Source of the DNA: Antechinus flavipes
Taxonomy: Eukaryota
Direction: 5' to 3'
Assembly: GCF_016432865.1 (NCBI RefSeq)
Contig: NC_067399.1
Coordinates: 580,568,001-580,632,000, forward strand
Length of the DNA stretch: 64,000 bases
Shown here: positions 9,893 through 22,830 of the stretch, one piece after another
Numbering within the stretch: position 1 is the first letter of the stretch
How the letters are laid out: the number at the start of each line of letters is the position of its first letter
The notes under the pieces: model-generated
Told to the model about the DNA's origin: nothing
Database searches by the model: none
The model's input: the letters and a program-made list of their open reading frames with translations, nothing else
Position numbers and translations under genes: made by a program

Positions 9893-12474
9893 TCAGTGGA
9901 ACTTGTACTTCCGGGCTGGTTTGAGGCTGATGTAAGTGGACTTCATCCCTTCAGGTTCTGGCTTCCGAATGTCCTTGTAACGTTCACCCTTGGTACTCAC
10001 CACTTGATTGTCAATGTATCGGATCAGCTTCTTAGGAGCCTGTTAAGAGTACGGGGAGTGAGCATGAGGCCTTGGCCAGAAAAGGGAGTCCTTGTTATCC
10101 CTCATACCCAACCTACTCACCTCCTTGGGGGCCACAGGCCGATGAGTTTTCTGATCTTCTTCGCTGTCCACCATCATATACCTGCCATGATGGAGCCCAG
10201 TTTAGTATGCCTCTTCAGACCCCCTAGGGGGAAGGTCAGAGGCACTTGGGGTAAAACCAGGAGTCCCAATGCAGGCCTTCTAAGTGGAAAGATTCTAACT
10301 GGCTGCTTAGCTAAGTCCTGTAGGACTACTTTATCCTATATAACCATCTCCCTTTCCCCCCAAACTCACTTTTGTAGAATGAAGGATTTCACTTCTTCCT
10401 TCTTGGGAACGCCCTGTAACCTTGACGTGTCCTGGAAGGAAAAGCAAAATGAGACAGCAGATGTGGGCCCATATCTCCATTTATCTGGGGTTTCCTTTGG
10501 CATTCCCCACACTCAGCCCTGGTTGGTTCTATATCCATCTCTCCTCATCTATCCCAGTTCTTTGTATCCCTTCCATCTTTGGCCAGAATAAGGAAGGAAG
10601 TCTGAAGAACCATTTTTGATGGTCTGTGGCAAATACCTTTGAGTTGCTGCCAAAGGCTTGGGGTTCTGCTTTCTCCTCTACCATGATGTGAACAGCCTCT
10701 TCCAGGTCCCCCCGAGCCATGGCCAGTGCTCGCTCTGCCCTCCCCACCGTGCAGGTTGGGAACATTTCCAGTAGCAGTTGTATCCCAGCCTGTAGCTCAT
10801 CGGTTTCAGACATCTCCTGTAAGACAGGCTCAGGTGATGAGTCCCAGAAGCTGGTCACATAATCTCTCCCCAACATCACATAGACATATAAGCACACGAC
10901 TCCAAAAGGTGTAAGACTGGGGGCACTTGTTCTATCCACCTACATCCATTACTTAATACCAATGTAGTACATTGTTAACTGTCTATCCATAAGAGCAATA
11001 ACTCACAATATATGGTAAGTATTACAAGAACAGAAGAGGAATCTGAAGTTAAGAAAGGTGAACTCCCTTGCCCAAGGTCTCACAATCAGTAAATATCACA
11101 GATGGGATTTGACTCCAGGTCTTTCTTGGGTCCACATCCCTTTTTAGGCTGCACTTGACTGCCCACTAAAAAGCCACCTTCTCTTTCCACCATTCAGGGT
11201 ATAACCTCACTGCTTTCTACCCACTCCCATCCATCTCATACCTCAGCCTTTGTGCCTTCTCCCAAGACTGGGGGAGAGGTATGTGCCTGAGACTTTCTTA
11301 TTTCTTGGGTGCCTTCCTCCAGGCTCTGGAGATGTTCTGGAGAAGTGGGAACATTATCCTCCTGGCTCTTGGGACACACATTTTCTTAAAGGTACAGAGT
11401 ACACGGTTTTCAATCAGACCCGGGGATGCAGGGCCAAGTTCCAGATAAGTGCTCTAAAACCCATTCCCTTTCCCAATCCAGAACTCACCCTTGTTCCTTG
11501 CATCACTCAGGCGGCCTGAGAGGTCGAACATCATTTCACAAACTGTCCCACTGAGAAGGAAGCAGGACCAGGGATGAGAGCCTTTCTGTCCTCCCCTCAG
11601 AGCCCCACCCCAGTGAACCTGAAATTATCATCTGATTGTCCTTTCTTTGCCTTCCCAGCCAAGTTCTTCCAATTCTACCCTCTCCCATCCCAAGATAGGT
11701 GAGCATGATAGCCCCAGCATGCCCAGGAAAGATCTGGAAAGAAAAGGGCTGAATCAAGGAGGTTACAAGAAAGCCCAGCACACCTAGGGATCTTGGCAAA
11801 GCCAGGCACGTAGGCATCCATCATCTCTGCAAAAGCTTCCATGTCAAAGTTCTCATCCGATGCCCCTGGAGAACCCAAGTCCTCCAGGACCCCAGTTATG
11901 TAGGAGAAGACAACTTCATCCAAACCACTGTAAGGAATGGAGAGAGAGAGATGGAGGATCAGACAAGAACAACTCCATACTTGCTCCCAGCTCTGGTCCC
12001 CAACTCCTGAGACTTGTTCTCTCACCAAATTGAAGGAGCATTTAGATAAGGCTGAATTCATCTCCCCAGTGATTTTGGATGAGGAGAGCTTATGGCTATG
12101 TAATCCTTATCCTTGACTCCAAGTTCATTCTGTCACTTTAGGCAGATAATTCACATTGAAGCTCAGTCTATGTATCTTTCCAATGAACTAAAAGGCAAGC
12201 ATTCTGGTAGAAATTCCACAATACGATTATCCTTCCCTTCAGAGAAGGACTCCTTAGGAGGACCTGGGGAGGTACCCAGAGGGCATGTTAAGCTATCCAG
12301 TCCTTTCTCCATTCCCCAAATGCCTTCTCAGAGAGATCACTGCAGAGCTCATAAAAGAAGTGCTAACCACTAGAGAAGTAGTCAAGGAGCCAGCACATAC
12401 CTGAGATCAGCATCTGGGACATGAGTTTGGGCAAAGCTGATTAGGGTATCTCGAATGATCCTCTCGAGTTCCAT
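9893..12474 (-). CDS. CUEDC2: CUE domain-containing protein 2 (290 aa)
   Basis: Exons 12474-12401, 11927-11784, 11550-11489, 11384-11242, 10816-10637, 10431-10370, 10181-10121, 10039-9893 total 873 nt in frame. MELERII..., [13 protein letters not shown] domain LLEMFPTC...GDLEEAV, C-terminus [10 protein letters not shown]. Confidence 0.96.
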
Positions 12475-13744
12475 TGCTCTCTCCTTTCCTGAAGGGGCAG
12501 AGAATATATGAGGCCCTCATTGGTTTTTTCCATCCTTGCTTCTGCTCACAAACCTCACTTGTATTGGGGAACACTGTCAGTCTTTTCCTAAGCCTTTATC
12601 ATTAAACTGTCTGTCAGTTAGATGACTTTGCCAAATTTTGCTCTCAGAGACTCAGCCCCCCAATCCCTGCTTCCCTATAGACTGAATCCCTGGGTCCATA
12701 TAAGATCCCTAAAGTTCTCCCACCTTTCTCCTTTTCTTCAGAGATGAATAGTGGGGGAAGCCCAGTCTGTGGGTAAAAGAGGTCTGAGGGACAGTGGGCC
12801 CCTCCTCCAGACCAGCCCTCAGAAGGGACCCTTCTGGCTAGAATCCCAGAGGCCCCAGGGTCAAATGCTTCAGAGCTGGTGGAATCCCAGCCCTTTAAAA
12901 CCCATCTGGCTGAGAGCCTGATCACAAGTGTCCCCATTGTCTGGCCCCCCAGTGGGGGAGAGCTCAGAGTCACAGACCCACCCACAACAGAATCCCAGAG
13001 CCACCCACCTGTTCATTCAGACAAAGGGGCTTTTCTAGAAGGCAGAGGATGGGATAGATTGGAAAAGTTATTTCACAATTTCTCTTCTTCACCATAATAC
13101 CCCTTTACCCATCCCACCAGTCTGGGCCTTTGACTTTTGAATTTCTTCTCTCTCTACTCCAGAGGGATTCCTCAGCTGAGGCCTCAGACTGGGTCTACCA
13201 TCCTTTATTAAGACTTAGTCCCTAGAGAGAGGCTAAGAGAAGATCATCATGACATCCATGGGTCAACCAATCTATGTCAACTGACTAACAGTCAAACACT
13301 AAGGTCACTCAGTCACCACCCTGTTCTCTGGGAGGGGCAATTAACAGTTTTATCAATGGCAAAGTCTTCATGAAAGCACCCCCTATTACACTTGAGTGAT
13401 CAGCTACAGTTTTCTGAGACAGAAAAAAGAAATCACAGTTCTAGATCCCACAGTCTGGTTGAGGAGACACAATCAATTTCCACGTTATTTGCAGAGCAAT
13501 GAAAACGTGAGGCAATGAAGTATGGTGGAAAGTGCTAGCTATGGAGTCAAATCCTGCCTGAGACTTATTCCTTCTGAGACCTTGGAAAAATCATTTCTCT
13601 GAGCCCCAGTTTCCTTATGCATAAAATGAGAAGGTTGAGCTGGATGACCACTAGGGCCCTGTGTGGTCATGCGATCGTATCTGAGAATCAGTAATCTCGT
13701 CAGGATAGTCAAATGACAATAGCTTTTCTTTAAGAGTTGCTCTC

Positions 13745-13769
13745 AAAAAAAAAAAAAAAAAAAAAAAAA
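13745..13769. repeat. A25 homopolymer
   Basis: Seen directly. Confidence 0.95.
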
Positions 13770-14532
13770 GCAACAACTGCATTTTGGCCAGACTGGGCCT
13801 AAACTTGGCTCAGGGGAGGCCTGAAGCTGAGGGGAAGAGTCCTGAGACAACAGATTTTACAGGTGTGAGAACTAGAACATCACAGGAGACTCAGTTGAGT
13901 CCCCCCATGTCACAGTTCAGGAAACTGACTCACTGTAGGAAAGGCTGACTGGGACTATGGTGCCACCATGAGATGCTCCTGGGGAAACCAAGGAGCCGAG
14001 CTCAGGCCCTGAACAACGAGGTGTCCCCCTGCAAGCTTTCGAAGTACCTAGCCTGAGCCCTCAAAGCTCCTTCTCTTAGCCTCTTCCTCTGGAAGCTCCC
14101 AGCAACAAATAAGCAACTTATGCTGTTTCTGAAGAGAAAAATGGTTTTTCTCTTCCCGGCCTCCAAGGCCCTGAAAAATAGCATGGTATCAATGGAAAGA
14201 GCACCAGACCAGAGTAAGGAAACCTGGGTTCTAGAAATGCTTCTGTTCTAACTTACTGTGATCTTTGAAAGTTGTTTCTTTTAAAAATAGTAATAACAAA
14301 AGGAACTTTATTCCTCCTGGGCCTCAATTTTCTCATCTGTAAAATGAAGAGATTGGAATAAAAACCAGCTCTATTCCCCTCTCTTTTTATTCATTTTTCT
14401 GATTGTTTTCTTCAACATTAAAATGGGTTTAGGATGGAAAGACAGGGCCTTACTTGCTGAAGACAGGAGTCAAGATAGAGACACAGAGAGAACGAGAGAG
14501 GAAAGGAAAGGTAAAAAGAGAAAAATGAAGAC

Positions 14533-14824
14533 CTAGTGGTTCTCAACTTGTTAGCTAAGAATCTCTTGAAGTTGTGAAGATTTATTGTAAGGAGTCTGTG
14601 AATATATAAATAAGCATACAGAATATATAATGTACATGTTTTTCAAGTGTACATCATAGGAATAATAAAGTATAACATTACTCTAAAGTCTTACTGAATT
14701 TGTAGCATTTTTTTATCTGTCTTCATAGACTTTTCCAAGGAGATAAAACTATTTATAGTTATGTATGTAGGTACTACAACATTAAAAACGGTTACTTGTA
14801 TCCTCAAAAGGTTGGAAAGCACTC
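14533..14824. mobile_element. hAT/Charlie-type MITE remnant
   Basis: Degenerate terminal inverted repeats TAGTGGTTCTCAAC ... GTTGGAAAGCACT around an AT-rich interior. Confidence 0.5.
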
Positions 14825-15546
14825 CACACAGATATGAGCAGTGTGGTGGAGTAAATGAATGATTTGAAGTAGGAGAAACTTAGCCTCAAATGTTGATTTA
14901 CATATTTATTAGCTGTAAGTTTAGGAATAAATCCCATCAATGTAAGCTTCACTTTTACCTTCTGTAAAAAAAAAAAGGATTAATTATACTGTAATACTTA
15001 CTTCACAGAGTTGGGAGGATCAAATGTACATAAATTACTAGAGTTATTCTCATAGTCCTGTGAAATTGTCAGCTCTTAGGTTTTCCCCAAATGTCCCAGC
15101 AGAGGGCCTAAAAAAGTATTCCTGGGGGAAAAAAAAAGAAAAATAGTTTGCTTAATGTGAATTTTCTTTAAAAATCTATCCCATACACTCCCTCAGATTT
15201 TCTCCCTTTTCCTTCTTTCCCAACCAGCCTCTCCTAGAAAGCCTTTCCTGATCATGACAGCTCACACTACTGACCCCCTCACCACATGGGAGCTGATGTG
15301 GATCTCCTTGGCCAGAAGAAATTCCCCCGGGGCTAAGCCCCAGCTCCCCTCCCCCACAGCCAACGAGCAAAAGGACTAGAATGGAAAGAGGCCAGGGAGA
15401 TAAATTAGGAGAGATGGGGATGAGGATGGGGATGGAGACAAGGATAAGGATCCCGATTAGGGTGGAGAGGAGGGGGGAAAAAGAAAAAAGAGGGAGATAA
15501 TGATTTGTATAAGACTATCATCCAATAAGGGCTAGAATTCACATCG

Positions 15547-16181
15547 AATTTTAAAGTTTGCAAATTGCTTTATATACATTAGATCCTCACAACCTCACTT
15601 TATGAGGCAGGTGCTATTATCACTTCTATTTTACAGGTAAGGAAACTGAGGATAATAGATTTAGTGATGGAGGATGGAGATCGAGAGGAAGATGGAAGTG
15701 ACCAGGACAATAATAATGATAATAGCAATTTAAGATTCGCATCTTAATTTAAGATGCCCTATACAAGCGTTCTCAGTTGGTCCTCACAATGACCTTATGA
15801 GGCAGACGCTATTATCACTTCTATTTTACAGATAAGGAAACTGAGGCTAATGGATTAAGTGATAGGAGGATGGAGGTGACTGGAATAATAATAAAGATAA
15901 ATAGCAATTTAAGGTTCGAAAATTGCTTTATGCAAGTCATTTCGTTTGATCCTCACAACCACCTTATAAGGCAGGTGCTATTATCACCTCTCTTTTACAG
16001 GTAAGGAAACTGAGGCTAATAGATTAAGTGATGGAGGATTGAGGTGACTGGAATAATAATGAGAAAAGCAATTTAAGGTTTACAAACTGCTTTACAAAAG
16101 TTATCTCATTAGATCCTCACCTCGTGAGGTTGTAGCTCTTATCACCCCATTTTACAGATGAAGAAACTGAGGCTAAGAGAG
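15547..16181. repeat. Tandem array of four MIR/CORE-SINE-derived units (about 157-195 bp period)
   Basis: The anchor (g/a)gaaactgagg recurs at 15641, 15836, 16005 and 16162. Flanks tcctcac..., ttatcac...ttttacag and the spacer gatggaggat..ggtgactggaataataat are shared between copies. Confidence 0.85.
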
Positions 16182-16249
16182 ATGACGGGCCGGAGAATGG
16201 AGGGGAGGGGGCTGGAAATGGGAGCCAGGAGAGGTGGGGATGGGCACAG

Positions 16250-16640
16250 TTTGGGGGCGGAGGGGTGCAGGGGCAGCGGAGGAAAGAGGCAGGCGACGCG
16301 GGCCTGCAGGCCCCAAGACCGCGCTCGCGCAGCGCAGAACGGGGGTCTCGGGCTCGCCGCCCATAGAATTTCGGGTCTCCCCGACCCCGGGCCCAGGCCT
16401 GGACTCCCGCCTCCGCTCTCGACGCGGTCTCCGGGTCACTGGGTCGGGTTTGGCCCCGCGGAACAGCGGGAACGAGACAGATTGGGGAAGGAAGGGGGAG
16501 GTCACCTGCTTTCCCGGCGCTGGCGCAGGCAGCCGCTCGTCCCGCGCAGCAGCGCAGTTCCCGCGCGCACCACCGAGAGAAGCGCGTCGTGGCCTAGAGC
16601 GGCCCCGTGTCGGCCATCTTTGATAAGGGAAGGGGGAGGG
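16250..16640 (-). promoter_or_regulatory. CUEDC2: CUEDC2 CpG-island promoter and non-coding exon 1 (about 16620-16506)
   Basis: CpG island, donor CAG|GTGACC at 16505, YY1 motif AAGATGGCCG at 16620-16611. The coding exon acceptor is at 12489. Confidence 0.7.
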
Positions 16641-19600
16641 GGGCGAATGCAGGGGGAGAGGGCTATCCTGAGTCTGACGTTATGGACTCAGACTTAGCCA
16701 CCTAGTGCAATCCGTCCAATTGAACGCGGGAAAACTGAGGTTCAGCCAGAGCAACAATGGTCCCCAGAGGTCAACACCCCCATTTGACATAGGGATACTG
16801 AGGCCCAAAGAGTAGTTCGATGGCTTAAGGTCACACAGGATGCTGAAAACACGCGAGATTAGAAGCCAGTTTTAAGACTCCAGATCCAGGGCCTGTTCCC
16901 TCAGGTCGTCTAGGCTGCCCCCCATCTCTGAGCCTCCGCTCCTCTCCTCTTTGTACTTAAAGTCCTTGGTGCTTGTTTTTCTGTCGTGTCTAACTCTTCG
17001 CCGCCCCATTTGGGGCTCCCATGGCAAAGCTGCTGGAGAGGTCCGCCATTTCCTTCTCCAGCTCATTTGACAGATGAGGAAACTGAGGCAGGCCACAGCT
17101 AGGAAGCGGGTGAGGCCGTTCCGTACCGGCCGCGCCGCCTCAGTGCCCGAAGGCGCCAAATCAAATCCAATTCCACGGATACCGGTTACTCGGCTGCTGT
17201 TTTGTCCCTGGTTCTACATAAGATAAGGAAGCTGGGCCAAAAACCTGGGGTTCGTGTTGATGGGATCTATGGGGTGGGGAGCAGATGACGGCAGGCAGGC
17301 ACCAAAAGCTGGGGCTCGGTCCGGGGAAGGAGCTTCCTCGAGGGTCTGGGCCAGAGGACGTAGGGAAAGTACTTTATTAATAATGTCTGAATCTAGCATT
17401 TGGGGTAGAAATTAACTCAAGCTGACCCCAGGGATCCTCCAAGGAAGCTAGAGATTCGTGCAAGGAATCGGTGGGACTTGCCCAATAGCTTGTGTTTTGG
17501 CACCCACTCAAATGTTATTGAATGTTTCTATTATCTCCTGATATTCCTAAGGAACCTAAAAATACCGACTTTGGGGGAAACTGCCTACGTGCAGATCAAC
17601 CAACTTGTACCCTTGTTTGAACACCTGCAAAGACTAGGAGTAAGGGGTGCCAGCCACACTTATTTCTGGCTCTGTGTCGCTTCACTCTGTTTGCCTCAGT
17701 TTCCTTATCTGTAAAATGAGCTAAAGAAGGAAAAGGCAAACTAATGCAGTATCTCTGCTACACAAAGCCCAAATAGCGTAATATATAACTGAAACAACCA
17801 AACAAGAACAACAACAAAAAAACCTCTGCCAAAACAACTTTTAAAAAATTCTTTCTAAAAATTTTAAAATGATTTTTGCATCAAGATTGATGCAAAACAC
17901 GGATGCAATGCACCATAAAAAGAAAATTTGTATTTAACGAGAAGGTGCTTTACACGGTACTTTTTAGGGTTTGTTTTTGGAAAAGTTATTACATTTGGAA
18001 CTATTCTGAAGCTGTTAATTTAAAAATGTTGCAGGTTTCACACGATCATCCTCCCCCAAAAAACTAGACCCAGAACTTTTTAGATTTTGGTTCTGTTCTC
18101 TGCCAACAAGGGGCCCAGAGTCAGATTCTCATCCTCCCTTTCTGTCTTTCCAGGCTTGCTTTCTTTGGGCTATTCTCTCAAAGCCAAATATAGAAAAGGG
18201 CAGAAGAAATGCTTGTTTCCTCTTCCCTTCCTCCCTACTGAAAAAGCATCAGTCCTTTCCCCACCTCTAAGGGCTGGGCTCTGAGTGCCTGGTTTCTAAG
18301 TCCTTGGGGCACTAAGGGCTGGGCTCAAATTGTAGGCTTCTCAACATTAGCATTTTTGCCAAGGCTGGAGCTGTATGAGTACAAACCTGTTTGAGCGGCT
18401 CCTAAAGCTCTGAGGAGGCTAACCTCCCCCACCCCCACCCCCACCCCCCCAGTTAAGGAACAAGGACTGGAGAAAAAAGATGTTTGCCAGAGAAGGTTTG
18501 GAGTCTGAGACACTGGTGAGTGTCAAGGTCAGGAAGCTTGCTACAATGACTCAGGGATAGGGTGTTTGGAGTTTCCAGCTCCAGTCGCTATGGCCCCTCA
18601 CTCTAGTCCCCTGGCTTTATTTCCTCTTTAAGAATCTAGGCTGAACAGCCAAAAAGTGTCCACTAGAATGTGAACTTGAAAACAAGAATTGTCTTTTGTC
18701 TTCTTTCTTTTTAAACCAGTGCTGAGCACAGTGCCTGGCACATAGTAGCCCCTCAATAAATATTTATTGACTGACAGATGAGAGAGCACTGGAGTGCCCC
18801 GGGAGAAGGAAAAGTCACCTTAGTCAGTCAAGTATGTTCTTGCAAGAGGAGGCAGGTAGGAAGACAGAGGACCAATTTCCTAACGTTGAGTAAACTGAGT
18901 CCACAAGCCGCCATCAGGAATGGTATTCCTCAAACTAAGTCCCACTTTCCCTCCTATTTGTTCCATTTAGTGCCCCTCCCCTTCCCTCCACCTAGACTTA
19001 CTGTTAGTGTGCCTGAATTATGTGAGCTGGAAGCTCCAGCATCGTTTAAAACAAGGAAGAGCAACGGAAGGGTTAACAAGGGGCTGCCAGTTTTGAACCT
19101 CAGCCAATATAGGGGCCCCAAGGAGGGGATAGGGACTTGGCCCCTAGCCTTCATCTGCCCCACCGATCTTCCCCATCCCCTGCCCCCCAGCCTGGCCTCC
19201 AAAGGTCTGCTCCAACCCCTCCAGTCACACCCCCACAGTACCTTAAGTGGCCTCTTCATTGCACAATCCCTAATGACGAAGCTTCTCACATTCCGAGAAC
19301 TTTCCCATTTCCTCTCCAGATGGCCCCATGGGTTCCCACCCCCACCAACCCTCTTTATCTTCCTCTCCTCTCTTCTTTCTATCCCCACCCCATGCTGCAG
19401 AGCTAGAAGAATAAGGGTTAAGAATAAACATTTTTTAACGCCACAGCTTCTAGATTGCTAGGAAAGTTGGGGAGAATGATGAGTGCCCCCCAATATTGAG
19501 TCTGAATGCAGAGATAACTTCTTCTGCCCTCTGATTCATCCTCTACTCCTAAGTTTCTGGTCGGTTGGGGAGATGGAACAGGGTATTGTCCTATTCTTTT

Positions 19601-20548
19601 CAGATGGGGAGCTAGGAAAAAGATTTCACAGATATATAAAAAGGAACCCTTTTTAGCCCCACCTCCACCCAAATGTTGGGGGTTTCAAGGAGGCAACTTT
19701 CTTGGACGTCCATTCACTAGTCTTCTTATTTGGCTAACAAAAGCACTACTTCCTTAGATTCCAGCTTCTTAAAACTGTGATTCAAAACCTTATAACTCAA
19801 AGTGAGGATAACAAAATTATGCTTTATCATCAGTAAATGATTTCTATTCCTATTTCATATACCTATATACCTGGAGTCATGTAAACATTTCTTGGATGAA
19901 AAGTTAGGACTAGAAAAAGTTAAAGAAGCCCTGCCTTAAACCACCACATGCAACCTCAGTTTTTCCCTCCAAAAATCCAAGCAATATTAGCATCTAGATC
20001 CCCCCGTGAGAACTCAAGGATATCAGTCATTTAGCTGGCTATCTTTCCACTCTCCATCTGGGCAGCTAGGTTGATTCTGAGTGACTCCAGCCTCCTGTCC
20101 TTATTTTCCCTCTACCCCAAAGAGCCACCTGTGCCTTCCATTCTCATTAAGAATGTTCTCTTTCCTACCCATGCAACTTGTAATTACTTTCTCACCTTTT
20201 TTATTTTAATTTGATTCCTAGGGTCACACTCTAATGTAGGTAGGATCACCCCCACTTTCATTGCCCATTGTAAGGACGTGTGTTATTTTGATTATCTCCG
20301 TTTACAGTTAATGTAATAGGATTAGAAAGGAGGGAACAATGATTTGTCCAGCATTACAAAGCCAGGAGCAGATCTGAAACTCAAATCTAGACCCCTTGTT
20401 TCTCTAGACTAGTGTACTTTCCATCAAATGGAATGATGATGCTTCCTTTTTAGGGAAAGGGATAGGGGATTGCTCTCTAGCTCAAGCTGAGATTTAAATT
20501 ACAAGAGAAAAGATGTGGGACTTCCTTAATTATGAGGAAAGTTGGAAA

Positions 20549-20719
20549 NNNNNNNNNNNNNNNNNNNNNNNNNNNNNNNNNNNNNNNNNNNNNNNNNNNN
20601 NNNNNNNNNNNNNNNNNNNNNNNNNNNNNNNNNNNNNNNNNNNNNNNNNNNNNNNNNNNNNNNNNNNNNNNNNNNNNNNNNNNNNNNNNNNNNNNNNNNN
20701 NNNNNNNNNNNNNNNNNNN
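20549..20719. other. N gap (171 nt)
   Basis: Run of n. Confidence 1.
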
Positions 20720-20841
20720 TCTGCTTGGTTCCAAGAGCTCTCTCCAAATGTCTTTAAATCCAAAGGTCTGGTCCTTCAGCCTCTGCCTCTGCTTTCTTCA
20801 GCCTCCAGCCAGCTCCAGTCTTCATGTCATTCCGGTGAAAT

Positions 20842-21217
20842 NNNNNNNNNNNNNNNNNNNNNNNNNNNNNNNNNNNNNNNNNNNNNNNNNNNNNNNNNNN
20901 NNNNNNNNNNNNNNNNNNNNNNNNNNNNNNNNNNNNNNNNNNNNNNNNNNNNNNNNNNNNNNNNNNNNNNNNNNNNNNNNNNNNNNNNNNNNNNNNNNNN
21001 NNNNNNNNNNNNNNNNNNNNNNNNNNNNNNNNNNNNNNNNNNNNNNNNNNNNNNNNNNNNNNNNNNNNNNNNNNNNNNNNNNNNNNNNNNNNNNNNNNNN
21101 NNNNNNNNNNNNNNNNNNNNNNNNNNNNNNNNNNNNNNNNNNNNNNNNNNNNNNNNNNNNNNNNNNNNNNNNNNNNNNNNNNNNNNNNNNNNNNNNNNNN
21201 NNNNNNNNNNNNNNNNN
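20842..21217. other. N gap (376 nt)
   Basis: Run of n. Confidence 1.
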
Positions 21218-21270
21218 CACCACATCTGTCTGGGGCCCCAGCTAAGGGGGTAACTAAGCAAGAGAAGGGT

Positions 21271-21452
21271 GGGAATTCCCAATGGGAATTTGTATTCTTG
21301 TCGGGGTCTGGGTCAGGGAGGATTCTACAAGCAAAAAGCCCTCGCCTCCCACACTTTCCTCCCTTCTCAGAAGAGCAGGCTGGGGCAGGCAGAGGGCAAG
21401 GGGTGGGGTGAGGGATCCTATTTAAGAAGCCCTGTGTGAGCCAGGGCTCAGT
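21271..21452 (+). promoter_or_regulatory. Putative pri-miR-146b promoter: kB site, TATA box, Inr
   Basis: Palindromic kB site GGGAATTCCC at 21271-21280, TATTTAAG at 21419-21426, Inr TCAGT with the A at 21450 (31 nt from the TATA T). Confidence 0.6.
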
Positions 21453-21504
21453 GCCTGGCTGAGAGGAGACTGAGAATCAATCAAAGACAAGTTTGGGAGT
21501 CTCG
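21450..21504 (+). ncRNA. Predicted exon 1 of the miR-146b host lncRNA
   Basis: 55-nt ATG-free segment from the Inr to a strong donor TCG|GTGAGT. Confidence 0.5.
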
Positions 21505-22235
21505 GTGAGTGTCACCAGAAGGGACAGAGGCTTTGTCCATCCCCTCATGTCCTGCTGAATTCAGCTTTTGGGAGGTATAAAGGGTGGGAGAAGAGGGCCC
21601 TGCCCCCACTACTTTCTAGGGAAGGGGCTGCAGCACTACCAGCTGGGCAGGATCAGCTTCTTCCCCTAACTGAGGACCTTCCCCTGCCCTGTCCCCTGGA
21701 ACAGCCCTTGAAAGTGAAAGTATCTTTCTGGGAAATCCTTTTTAATAGAATCATAGAATATTAGAGTTGGAAGGGATCTTAGCAATCTAGTCCACTCTAT
21801 TATTTTCATAGCTAAGGAAACTGAGTCCCGAAGACAGTGAGTGTTTGACAAAGCTAGTAAGTCACACGGTTAACTGGGAATTGAACCAAAGTCTGTTTCC
21901 AAGTCACCATTGCTTCTTATGCGTCCCTGGCTCTTCTCTCACACTCTCTTTCTTTCCCCTCCCATTCTCTCCCTCACTTCCTCTCCTTGCTGGAGCTACA
22001 AACAGACAGGGATAAGAACAAGGTCCAATTCCTGGTGGTCTAGGACCCCTGTCAGGGCAAGACCTGCCCACCATCATTATGGGATCTCCATTGGCCCTAG
22101 GATTTCACTATCCTTCCGTAATGCTTCAGAGATAGATTCCAATATCTGTATCTTTCTGGGGAGAGGAGGGAAGTAATTTCTTTTCCTTCTCACAGTTCTT
22201 CTCTCAATGCTACCAGCTGTTCACTATCCTAGAGA

Positions 22236-22410
22236 GAGAAATCTTCACCTGGGGGCCATGAACTTGGTTGTTTTTAGGGATATTTTAATAATTGTATTTC
22301 AATATAATTGTTTTCCTTTTCAATCTGATGTATTTTATTTTATGCATTTAAAAACATCATTCTGGGAAGGGGTCCATGATATAGGAAAAAAGATAATTAA
22401 GAACTCCTGG
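22236..22410. mobile_element. hAT-type MITE fragment (same family as 25905-26135)
   Basis: Shares ttttatgcatttaaaaacat(c/t)attctg(g/a)gaag(g/a)ggtc(c/t)atg with the copy at about 26040. Confidence 0.55.
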
Positions 22411-22796
22411 TCAAAGACAAGCCCTTGGCTGGAACACCACAGTTAAGGTAAAGACCCTTCTAGGAGGAGGGGGAGTGAATCCTTAAATGGTGGGAGGCAG
22501 ATAGAGAAGAGCATGGAAAGTGGGAATGGGTGCAGAGTATGAGATCCTCCTCATGTTCTTCTACCATAGATCATGCTCCTCATACCTTCTCTGGAGAGGA
22601 CAAATACTTAATCCAGGCCAGAGGCTAGTGAACAAGTAAGAAACTCTGCTTTTCCAAAGTAAAGAAGGAAAACAACTAAAAGGGAAGGTATTCAATCTGC
22701 AGAAATGCTGGTGGCTACTAAACAGAGAAAGGAGCTGTAATAGAGATATGGTGGAGTTTATAAAATCTCCTGGTTTACAAATAAAGACCTTCTTCT

Positions 22797-22797
<1 letters not shown>

Positions 22798-22830
<33 letters not shown>

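Noticed and set aside
12644-13100. ORFs and three GAATCCCAG repeats in CUEDC2 intron 1 as a hidden exon or gene
   Set aside because: No recognisable protein. Several weak splice-site pairs exist but none can be supported without RNA data.
15625-16010. TTTTACAG|GTAAGG recursive-splice-like motifs in the MIR array
   Set aside because: They are on the plus strand, antisense to CUEDC2, and are simple variants of the MIR consensus.
20477-21282. ORFs containing long X runs
   Set aside because: Artefacts of translating N gaps. The same applies at 45489-45829.
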